A program made the position numbers and the translations under genes. This document shows positions 53,609-61,726 of a DNA stretch of 64,000 nucleotides, one piece after another. The notes under the pieces were generated by a model, which did no database searches, was not told the origin of the DNA, and saw only the letters and a list, made by a program, of their open reading frames with translations. The DNA is from an uncultured Clostridia bacterium (lineage in GTDB: Bacteria; Bacillota; DTU025; MWDF01): contig CAZJHY010000001.1 in NCBI GenBank assembly GCA_964545975.1, positions 24,094 through 88,093 on the forward strand, given 5' to 3'. Every line of letters begins with the position of its first letter. Position 1 is the first letter of the stretch.

Positions 53609-54442
53609 CTACCTTTCCTGTTTTACTTGTTCATAACGCACTTCCACCTGATAATAGGACCTTATGTGCCGAAAGCCGCAGGCGATTGCGGTCCTGAAAG
53701 AAGGGGTGTTATCGGAGTAGCAGTTCCAGCCAACTTTCTGCATGCCATGGTCGCTGCACTCCACGAGGAACCTGTCTGTAAGGGCTTTGGCTATGCCGCG
53801 CCCTCTGTGATCTTCCAGGACTTCTATCCCTATCTCGCATCCGACCGAACACATATACTCGCTCAGGCACCATCCGGCCAGAGCGTTTCCGTGAATCGCA
53901 GCAACTCCCAGGAAACCGTCGGATTTCTTTGTCATGCTGTCGAAGCGGTAAGCGCATTCAGATCTGAGAAGGTCAATATCCGATATCGTGTCGTCTCTCA
54001 ATAGGTCATTTTCGACATCTGCGAAGCGGTAGCCCTCGATTAGAGGGTGAGGCATCGATTCGAAAGGCAGGGAAGCCTCAAGATACTCCCTGCCCCGTGC
54101 AGTATGCGCAATTCCCTTCAGCATCCCCGACAGGGCGTCACCGATGGTTCGGTCGAATGCCCGCACGATCGCCCTGTCATGGGCGTGCCCCTCGAGCTTT
54201 CGCAAGGACACCTCTTTTCTGACGAACTTTCCGAGGAAATCTGCGTCCTGCTGTGTGTTTATTGATCCGGCCAGGTAGAGCTTGTTCTCAAACCTTATCG
54301 CCCCGAAACGAGGGTTCTCTTCGTCGTCCACCCAGGCATCGCAATCTTTTATCCCCTCAAGCACCGCAACAAGGCGGACTATCCGGGAGCTGTCCCCGAG
54401 CAGTTCGATTACCTGCCTTATAGTTTTCCTTCGGAAATGCAT
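53609..54442 (-). CDS. GNAT-family N-acetyltransferase with an extra N-terminal domain
   Basis: The C-terminal region has the acetyl-CoA-binding pattern EDHRGRGIAKAL. Start is ATG 54442 after GGAGGCAGAAG. The ORF opens at 54487. Confidence 0.7.
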   Translation of the reverse strand: MHFRRKTIRQVIELLGDSSRIVRLVAVLEGIKDCDAWVDDEENPRFGAIRFENKLYLAGSINTQQDADFLGKFVRKEVSLRKLEGHAHDRAIVRAFDRTIGDALSGMLKGIAHTARGREYLEASLPFESMPHPLIEGYRFADVENDLLRDDTISDIDLLRSECAYRFDSMTKKSDGFLGVAAIHGNALAGWCLSEYMCSVGCEIGIEVLEDHRGRGIAKALTDRFLVECSDHGMQKVGWNCYSDNTPSFRTAIACGFRHIRSYYQVEVRYEQVKQER

Positions 54443-54590
54443 CTTCTGCCTCCGCGCCTGAAAAGGGCTTTGGCAACCACGCCCCATAGGCGCTTTTTGC
54501 CATTATGAACCGGACTGGGGCTTTTTTCAACTGCCAGACAGGGCGACGGGCTGCGTTAATTGCAGCCCGTCACTGCATTTACCCTTCTTG

Positions 54591-55016
54591 CTACTTGGCA
54601 GGCATATCGGGCCTCTCAAGCTCACCATAGGCCTTAAGAAGGATGCCTATCTGACCTGAGAGCCTCTCCATGCGCCTCATCCAGGAAGCTAGCTGGACCA
54701 TGCCCTCTTCGCTAAGCATGTAGACCCGCCTTGCCGGACCTGTGCCGCTTGTGTCCCACTCGGAGTAGGTGAAACCCATCATGTCCATCCTTCTGAGGGT
54801 GCGATAGACAGCTGCCTGATCCATCTCAGTGTCTGCAACAGATAGCCTGGATGCCTCCTGGGCTATCTGGTACCCGTGCGCCTTTCCCAGCTTTGCAAGG
54901 GCTATGGCGACTACAGGCACCATGAACCTGAACATCTTGCCGAGCCCGTGTCCCTCCATGCCCCCCTCAATGCCGCGCATCCTGCCCAACCCGAAACCGC
55001 CTCTTGCTCCGTGCAT
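54591..55016 (-). CDS. PadR-family transcriptional regulator
   Basis: Motifs HGYQIAQE and VYRTLRRMDMMGF...RRVYMLSEEG. The protein has an unusual Gly/Met-rich N-terminal extension. Confidence 0.8.
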   Translation of the reverse strand: MHGARGGFGLGRMRGIEGGMEGHGLGKMFRFMVPVVAIALAKLGKAHGYQIAQEASRLSVADTEMDQAAVYRTLRRMDMMGFTYSEWDTSGTGPARRVYMLSEEGMVQLASWMRRMERLSGQIGILLKAYGELERPDMPAK

Positions 55017-55143
55017 GATATCACTCCTTTAAGTGTCATTAACATCTATATACATTAAGCATAATGATGTGTCAATAGAGAAAGTAAAGCGATGGCGTTG
55101 ACACGGAAGCTTTGCTGTGCGATTTTCATATTGAGGTGATCGA

Positions 55144-55362
55144 ATGATTGAGATAAGGGGCAGGGTTCCCCTCGAGAAGTACTCCGGTTTCTTACCAGTC
55201 TCTTCTGACACAAAGGTAAGGCAGCTCTTCGACATCCTCGGCATCCCCGAGGATCTCAGAGGTTACATACTTGCCATAAGAAACGGCAAGATAATCCAGC
55301 ACAGCGACATTGTTGCGGACGGAAGCGCAATCGATCTGATTATTATCCCCGAGGGCGGTTGA
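55144..55362 (+). CDS. ThiS/MoaD-like beta-grasp small protein ending in Gly-Gly
   Basis: 72 aa with a GAGGTGA ribosome-binding site. The C-terminus is ...ADGSAIDLIIIPEGG followed directly by the stop codon, which is the classic sulfur-carrier/ubiquitin-like terminus. Confidence 0.55.
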   Translation: MIEIRGRVPLEKYSGFLPVSSDTKVRQLFDILGIPEDLRGYILAIRNGKIIQHSDIVADGSAIDLIIIPEGG

Positions 55363-55496
55363 TCCTCGAAGGCATCCGAAAAACATGTGAAATGTGCCGC
55401 TGAAAAGGCGGCACATCTCTTATACCTGAAGGAATATGTCAACAGATGAAGAAACATACTCCGACGGGCCGACAGCCCGTAAAAGGAGTGAGGCAT

Positions 55497-57107
55497 ATGG
55501 CAATGAGGATGATCAAATTCCTCGCGGCGGCTATCCTTCTATCAATGCTAACCGGCGCAGCCGCCGGAGCGCCTGTTCCTGTGACGCCCCTGATAAACCT
55601 TCCGCCTTCTGTCCTTACTACGAAGATAACCAGCCTTGCCCTCTCAAACCTCATAACCATGGGCGATGTCGAGGGGACCACCTTCGGGGCATCAAGAAAC
55701 CAGATGGTGGCTCTTGACGCTGAGGGCAAGGTGACAAGGACCATAGCGATACCGATAGAGCAGCCCGCAGGCATATCGGCATATACGGCGGGCAAGGCGA
55801 TAGTGGGCGACGCTGGGACCGGCTCGGTTTTCTCGGTGGACGTCAGGTCAGGCCAGGCGATTAAGCTGCTGGACTTAAGGTCCACCCAAGCCGGAAGCCT
55901 GATTGCAGGCGATATCCTGAAAAGCGGCAGGCTTTCGAGCGTGGCATTCGACGGCAAATATGTATACGTGGCGATATCGGCAGGATACTCAAGCTCCATT
56001 TTCGCGGTCGACCCTGCGACCAACAGGGCGCTCATGCAGGCATGGTCGCCTGGAGACGAACCGACCGCCATGCAGTTCACGGCAGGAAACCTCTATGTGC
56101 TGGACGGGGCGAACGGACAGCTGAGGCTCTATGATTCCGCGTTCAAGCTAAGCATGCAGTCCATCGACCTTGCAGTACCCGATGCGAAAGGCATAGTCAT
56201 AAGGGGCAACGAAGTAAGGGTGCTCTCGCCTACGGAAAGGAGCATCACCCTTCTTAAGCCGGACCTGAACCTTCTCAAGATACAGCTGATAGAACCGGTC
56301 TGGCGGCCGATAGATGTGGTGATCGGCCCCATACTCACACTTGCGAGGCACTATGCCCTCCTTATCTGCGGCGATGTCGCCGAGAGCGGGTACGATGAGT
56401 TCTGGAACGACACCGTATGGATGTACAAGACGCTTCTTGACGCAGGGTACAAGGAGGACAATATTTATGTCCTCTATGGCTGGGGAAACGATTACATCTC
56501 AGCCAATCCAAACTACAAGCACGCCAGCAAGGTCACCGACTTCCCGGCTACAGTCGCATGGGTGAACAAAGTCCTGAACGGCTTGAAGAACGGAGACTCC
56601 TCCATAGGGGTCAACAAGCTGACGGCGAATGACAGCCTGTTCATTTGGGTGTTCGACCATGGAGGAGGGGGAAACCCCGCATACTTCTGCCTTAGAGACG
56701 GAGTGTATTACGATTCGGATTTCGCCAACAGCCTGAACCCCCTTCCTTACAGCAAGAGGGCGATTTTCATGCAGCAGTGCAGAAGCGGAGGCTTCCTGGA
56801 CAACATGCAGAATGACAGGAGCTTCGTGTCTACAGCCTGCCTTTGGAGCGAGAATGCGCACAGGTCAGATTCGGAGAATGAAACCTACGGAGGGAAAATA
56901 TACCATCACGGCGAGTACAATTACTATGTAATAAGCGCTTTGGCAGGCAAGACCGCGACTGGCGCCTCCGTGAACGCGGACAGCAACGGAGACGGCAAGA
57001 TAAGCGCCAGGGAGATGCACCAGTTCATGAGCGCCAGGGAGAATCAGCCCGAGACCCCGCAGATATGGGACAGCTTCGGAATAGGTAGCAGCTTCGCGGT
57101 GAAGTAA
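55497..57107 (+). CDS. Secreted beta-propeller-like domain fused to a legumain-like (peptidase C13, caspase-fold) cysteine peptidase
   Basis: It has a signal peptide (MAMRMIKFLAAAILLSMLTGAAAGA). The C-terminal half aligns by eye with legumain: RHYALLICGD, IWVFDHGG (catalytic His) and IFMQQCRSGGF (catalytic Cys). Near the C-terminus is an EF-hand/dockerin-like loop, DSNGDGKISAREM. The ORF opens at 55446. Confidence 0.75.
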   Translation: MAMRMIKFLAAAILLSMLTGAAAGAPVPVTPLINLPPSVLTTKITSLALSNLITMGDVEGTTFGASRNQMVALDAEGKVTRTIAIPIEQPAGISAYTAGKAIVGDAGTGSVFSVDVRSGQAIKLLDLRSTQAGSLIAGDILKSGRLSSVAFDGKYVYVAISAGYSSSIFAVDPATNRALMQAWSPGDEPTAMQFTAGNLYVLDGANGQLRLYDSAFKLSMQSIDLAVPDAKGIVIRGNEVRVLSPTERSITLLKPDLNLLKIQLIEPVWRPIDVVIGPILTLARHYALLICGDVAESGYDEFWNDTVWMYKTLLDAGYKEDNIYVLYGWGNDYISANPNYKHASKVTDFPATVAWVNKVLNGLKNGDSSIGVNKLTANDSLFIWVFDHGGGGNPAYFCLRDGVYYDSDFANSLNPLPYSKRAIFMQQCRSGGFLDNMQNDRSFVSTACLWSENAHRSDSENETYGGKIYHHGEYNYYVISALAGKTATGASVNADSNGDGKISAREMHQFMSARENQPETPQIWDSFGIGSSFAVK

Positions 57108-57151
57108 TGCAACAGAAAACCGAGCCACAGGAACCCGGCTGAGCATCAGGA

Positions 57152-57190
57152 AGCGGCAGGTCAGGACCTGCCGCTTTCCTTCTTGTTCTT
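57152..57190 (+). terminator. Rho-independent terminator (its 3' arm overlaps the last codons of the convergent GGDEF gene)
   Basis: AGCGGCAGGTC-AG-GACCTGCCGCT followed by TTCCTTCTTGTTCTT. Confidence 0.7.
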
Positions 57191-58297
57191 GTACATAAGC
57201 TCGTCAATCCTTCTTAGGAACTGCTCCGCCGTCATCTTCGACTCCGGCATGTATATCGACCAGCCGTAGCTAAGGACCAGAGGGAAAGGAAACCTTTCAA
57301 GCCTGTTGAAGTCGTTGAAGCTCTCCCTTATCCTTTCAACGGTCCTTGTCAGGGCCTCATCCGAGCTCATCTTGGGAGCTATGACCAGGAATTCATCGCC
57401 GCCGTACCTGGCGATGAAGTCGTCTGACCTGAGGCTTCTTTTCAGTATGTCCGCGGTGACTCTAAGCGCCTCATCGCCGGTGCTGTGGCCGTACTTGTCA
57501 TTTATCTCCTTGAAACCGTCTATATCCATGAATATTCCGCTGAAGCCTCCATCCTTGGAGGCGGATCTGATCTGGGAGTTGAGGAAGGAATCTATGTCCC
57601 GCCTGTTAGACACCCCCGTCAGATAATCGGAACCCAGCTCAGTCTCCTGAAGGTTCATATAGGTGAATAGGAGCATAAGCGTCACTCCTGCCCACATCGA
57701 CGGCATGCCGTAAAGGAAAGCCTGCAGTATGCCGCCTGCAGTTGGAGGAACATTGAAAAGCAGGAGGGTATAAAAAGCCCTTTTAGAAAATCTCCGCCTG
57801 TTCAGATAGGTTATGCAAAGTGAGTAGAAGATATAAAGGGTATACATGGCGGCAATCAGCGCGAAACCAGGCCCTCTTTCATATACATTTGCGCTGTCTA
57901 CGCTGAACATGAAACCCGTGTAAGCCGTAGCGAGAGTCGGGATCACCTGCACAAGCCCCGGGATGATGAGGATTGCATTGAGAGTTCTGTTCCATACCGT
58001 GTCCCCGAATATCTTGGAATGCAGGTAGACTATCCATAGATAGAAGGCCAGAGCCCCCGATGTATAATAAGCGATGTTGAAAGCGTAGTTCAGAAGGATG
58101 CAATAAGGATGTGGCCTCTTGTCTACCGCCCAGGCAAGGGCTTCGAAGGCGATGACAAGGATGGTGGCATAGATAAGCCGTATAAATGGCCTCTGCTTAT
58201 GCGACCTCAGCTCGTTCTGATTCCTTATGCCGGTGAGTATAGCCCCCAGAATCATCATTGAGAAGAGGCTCATGCTCACCTGAAGAATCGTATACAT
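57161..58297 (-). CDS. Membrane-anchored diguanylate cyclase (GGDEF domain)
   Basis: The N-terminal part has multiple transmembrane segments. The C-terminal part carries RYGGDEFLVIA and DIDGFKEINDKYGH. Confidence 0.88.
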   Translation of the reverse strand: MYTILQVSMSLFSMMILGAILTGIRNQNELRSHKQRPFIRLIYATILVIAFEALAWAVDKRPHPYCILLNYAFNIAYYTSGALAFYLWIVYLHSKIFGDTVWNRTLNAILIIPGLVQVIPTLATAYTGFMFSVDSANVYERGPGFALIAAMYTLYIFYSLCITYLNRRRFSKRAFYTLLLFNVPPTAGGILQAFLYGMPSMWAGVTLMLLFTYMNLQETELGSDYLTGVSNRRDIDSFLNSQIRSASKDGGFSGIFMDIDGFKEINDKYGHSTGDEALRVTADILKRSLRSDDFIARYGGDEFLVIAPKMSSDEALTRTVERIRESFNDFNRLERFPFPLVLSYGWSIYMPESKMTAEQFLRRIDELMYKNKKESGRS

Positions 58298-58421
58298 GGG
58301 ATCCTCCGGTGATACGATTGTTTGACTTTACAAATACTTTACTACATCCTGCGTTTGAATACCTGCACATACTGATGCTGCCCATGGATTATAATACGAG
58401 TATCGTCAGTGAGGTGATCTG

Positions 58422-60044
58422 ATGGAAAACCCGGCGAGGGATGCTTCGAAGGCGAAGCTATTCAAAGGAGCTGCCATACTTGCGGCTGCCAGCCTGTTTG
58501 CAAGGGTCCTGGGGGCAGTGTACCGCATACCTCTGGCCAACATGCTTGGAGACGAGGGCATGGGTCTGTTCGAGATGGCAAACCCCATATACTTCTTCCT
58601 GCTTTCGATATCCGTATCGGGCATACCACTTGCCATATCGAAGCTCATAGCTGAGAAGAAGGCAAAAGAGGACGGCCTGGGGGCAAGCAGGGTAGTGAAG
58701 GTCGCAGTGGCAATGATGGCAGCGGCAGGGCTTGCCGCGAGCCTCTCGCTTTTCATCCTTGCTCCCTATATTGCAGAGAGGGTCTTCCACGATCCAAGGT
58801 CGGTTCTTCCCCTGCGGGCGATTTCACCTGCGCTTGCGTTCATGACGGTCATGTCTGCGATGAGGGGCTACTTCCAGGGGATGCAAAGAATGGGTCCATC
58901 GGCTGTCTCCCAGATGATCGAGCAGGTGGCTAGGGTGGCCTTCATGCTGCTTATGGCGATGCTGCTTCTCCCGAAGGGCATCGAATACGGCGCGGCTGGC
59001 GCTGCAAGCGGTGCTGCAGTTGGCGCCTTCATGGGGATGGGCTTCCTGCTTATGGCCTACTACCTTCTCAGGAAAAGGACTGACTACCACATACCACGCG
59101 GGAATGCCGCTCAAGAATCCGGCAAGGGCATAGCCTACAGGATACTGAGGCTTGCCGTGCCGGTGTCGATAACAGGATCCCTGGCATCGATAAAAAGCGT
59201 CATAGATGCGGCTATCGTGCCTGGAAGGCTCGCTCGCGCCGGGTTTGCCCAAAGCGAGGCCACCGCGCTCTACGGCCAGTTCAACGGCATGGCCTATCCT
59301 ATAGTGTACTTCCCCACTTCAATAACAGCCGGCATAGCATCTGCCGCCGTGCCTTCAATTGCGGAATGCCACGCCAGGGGGGATGCAGCAGGAATCCGCG
59401 AAAGGTCGATATATGTCCTGAAGCTGACCAGCATAATCGCCATACCGGCAACAGCGGGGCTGCTGGTCCTGGCCTCCCCTATTACCTCCCTGCTGTACGG
59501 AAGGCCGGATGTAGGCCCGATTCTCGCAACGCTTTCGGCGGCGAGCGCCCTTCTGTGCCTGCAGCAGACCAGCGCGTCCATATTAAGCGGAATGGGGTTC
59601 GTTGCAGACCCTCTAATAAGCGCGCTCATAGGGGTGCTGGCGAAAATCGCCCTTGAGTTCTGGCTGACGTCCATGCCCGGGCTCAATGTGAAGGGGGCTG
59701 CCATCAGCACGGTGGTCGGATCGCTTATTACAGTTGTGATTAACCTCATGAGGGTTGAGAAGAGGCTTGGCATAAAGGTGGGCTATGCCAAAGCATTCTC
59801 GGGTCCGATGGTAGCCTCACTGATCATGGGTGCCGCAGTATTCGCGTTCAGGGCGCTTGCTTTGCGGCTCTTGCCCGAAGGCAGGCTCATAACAGTTGCA
59901 GCGGTGGGAGTAGGAGGCGCGGTCTATGCCGCAGCAGTGCTTCTCATGGGCATAATGACTGCAGAGGAGCTGGAGGCTATACCGCTTATGGGAAGGCATG
60001 CGGCAAGGCTTTCGTCCAAATTGGGGGCAAGGAGGGGCAGATGA
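58422..60044 (+). CDS. MOP-superfamily flippase (SpoVB/MurJ/polysaccharide-biosynthesis-protein-like)
   Basis: About 14 transmembrane segments. The N-terminus is FKGAAILAAASLFARVLGAVYRIPLANMLGDEGMG. Confidence 0.8.
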   Translation: MENPARDASKAKLFKGAAILAAASLFARVLGAVYRIPLANMLGDEGMGLFEMANPIYFFLLSISVSGIPLAISKLIAEKKAKEDGLGASRVVKVAVAMMAAAGLAASLSLFILAPYIAERVFHDPRSVLPLRAISPALAFMTVMSAMRGYFQGMQRMGPSAVSQMIEQVARVAFMLLMAMLLLPKGIEYGAAGAASGAAVGAFMGMGFLLMAYYLLRKRTDYHIPRGNAAQESGKGIAYRILRLAVPVSITGSLASIKSVIDAAIVPGRLARAGFAQSEATALYGQFNGMAYPIVYFPTSITAGIASAAVPSIAECHARGDAAGIRERSIYVLKLTSIIAIPATAGLLVLASPITSLLYGRPDVGPILATLSAASALLCLQQTSASILSGMGFVADPLISALIGVLAKIALEFWLTSMPGLNVKGAAISTVVGSLITVVINLMRVEKRLGIKVGYAKAFSGPMVASLIMGAAVFAFRALALRLLPEGRLITVAAVGVGGAVYAAAVLLMGIMTAEELEAIPLMGRHAARLSSKLGARRGR

Positions 60045-60367
60045 TGCTAAACGAGCTGGCAGCAAGGCTCAATGACACCGCCGTAAGGCACGGATGGTGG
60101 GATGAGGACAAGCCTTTTCCGGAGGTGATAGCCCTTTGCCATAGCGAGCTGTCTGAAGCCCTGGAGGAGTACCGGGCGCACAGAAGGCTGGATGAGGTCT
60201 ATTTGAACGGCGGCAAACCGGAGGGGATACCGGTAGAGCTGGCTGACTGCATGATAAGGATACTTGATTTCTGCGGAAGGCATGGCATCGACATAGATGC
60301 AGCCCTGGAGGCTAAGGCTGCCTATAACGAATCAAGGCCATTCAGGCACGGCGGAAAGAGGATCTGA
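60041..60367 (+). CDS. MazG-like nucleotide pyrophosphohydrolase domain protein
   Basis: CHSELSEALEEY and ELADCMIRILD match the EExxE/ExxD helix pair of the all-alpha NTP pyrophosphatases. Its start forms an ATGA overlap with the flippase gene. Confidence 0.55.
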   Translation: MMLNELAARLNDTAVRHGWWDEDKPFPEVIALCHSELSEALEEYRAHRRLDEVYLNGGKPEGIPVELADCMIRILDFCGRHGIDIDAALEAKAAYNESRPFRHGGKRI

Positions 60368-60395
60368 TAGGCAAGGCATAATGGCGAAGGACTCA

Positions 60396-60438
60396 TTAAG
60401 GCGCTGCGGCGTAGGATGGGTTGCCTGCGGCGCCTTAA
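60396..60438. terminator. Hairpin between convergent genes
   Basis: TTAAGGCGC (60396-60404) pairs with GCGCCTTAA (60430-60438). The 3' arm includes the MFS stop codon. Confidence 0.45.
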
Positions 60439-61646
60439 AGCTGCTTGAAACCCCTGACCTTAAGAAGAAACAGCGAGGCTGACATTATTAGAAGCCCTGT
60501 CACGGCGGGGAAGTAGAACACGAGGTCCATATTCGCACGCGCCACAAGGCTGAAAAGTGCAAGGCTTATTGGAGACAGAAGCGATGTAATGAAATGTGTG
60601 AAAGCGGTCATCTTTCCCCTCATGTTGTCAGGGGTATGCGAAAGCAGGAGCACACCGGCGTTTATCGTTATGATGACCATCATGAAGCCAGAGACCACGC
60701 TAATAGCGTAGAACCACCAAAGTGTGGGGATCATTATCCAGGAGATAAGCGCTAATCCTATGCCTATGCCCGCAAGGACTATCATGGGCGAGCGCCTTCT
60801 GGGGTTCTTCATCGTACCCATCATCACAGACCCGGTAATGCTCCCGATGCTAAGAAACGTCATCACGAGCCCAAGCTCGGTAGCCGTCTTTCCCAGCCTG
60901 TCCTTAATGATGTACGGGACGGTCACGCTTGAAAGCGGCGCGAGGGCGAAGTTCATCAGGCCGAACACGAGCAGAATCCCGATTATGGTGGGAGTGCCGA
61001 AAGTGAAGTCCACGGCTTTCTTGAGGGCCTTCCAGCCATCTGCCTCGTTGTCTAAGGGCATGTATCCGCACCTTATGAACACCTCGGAGATTCCTGACAG
61101 CATCAGGGCGATAGCGTTCACCAGGAAAGCCGTCGCATAACCGAAGCTTGATACAAGCAGGCCACCGATGACAGGACCGAAGATGCCGACCATGCCGCCG
61201 AAGGCCTGCGTAACGCTTTGGGCTCTTTGCAGGTTCTCCACCCCGACGAGCTGGGGTATCAAGGCCGAGCATGCGGGGCTGAAGAAAGAGGAGATTATCC
61301 CGATCAGCACGCTTGACAGGACGACGTGCCAAATCCGAAGCCTGCCGTAAAAGGCGAGAAGGGCTATGGCTCCTATCACCGCCGCCCGGCAGAAGTCCAT
61401 GCTGTATACTATCCTCCTCCTGTCCAGCCTGTCGGCAAGCACTCCAAGGTAAGGGCCGAGCACGAGGGCGGGTATCATCGCCGCCATTGTCAGCAGCCCT
61501 GTGGTTCCGGGGGAGCCCGTTACGTTATAAAGCCACCAGATGAGGGCAACCTGGTGTATGCTGTCTCCGCAAAGCGAAGTGAAGTAACCTATGGCTAGCA
61601 GAGCGAAGTTCCTGTTGATAAGCGGATTGAAGCGCAAAGCATCCAC
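60435..61646 (-). CDS. MFS transporter (MFS_3/EntS-like)
   Basis: Twelve-transmembrane-like protein with the LADRLDRRRI loop. Confidence 0.85.
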   Translation of the reverse strand: MDALRFNPLINRNFALLAIGYFTSLCGDSIHQVALIWWLYNVTGSPGTTGLLTMAAMIPALVLGPYLGVLADRLDRRRIVYSMDFCRAAVIGAIALLAFYGRLRIWHVVLSSVLIGIISSFFSPACSALIPQLVGVENLQRAQSVTQAFGGMVGIFGPVIGGLLVSSFGYATAFLVNAIALMLSGISEVFIRCGYMPLDNEADGWKALKKAVDFTFGTPTIIGILLVFGLMNFALAPLSSVTVPYIIKDRLGKTATELGLVMTFLSIGSITGSVMMGTMKNPRRRSPMIVLAGIGIGLALISWIMIPTLWWFYAISVVSGFMMVIITINAGVLLLSHTPDNMRGKMTAFTHFITSLLSPISLALFSLVARANMDLVFYFPAVTGLLIMSASLFLLKVRGFKQL

Positions 61647-61726
61647 TCCTTAATAAAGACTGACAGGCCGGCGCCTCCATAAGCTTGCCAGTTATGGCCT
61701 CGATTATTCCTTACTGCATAATTCTA

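Noticed and set aside
53534-54004. A 156-aa plus-strand ORF.
   Set aside because: It is antisense to the C-terminal GNAT domain, which has clear acetyltransferase motifs.
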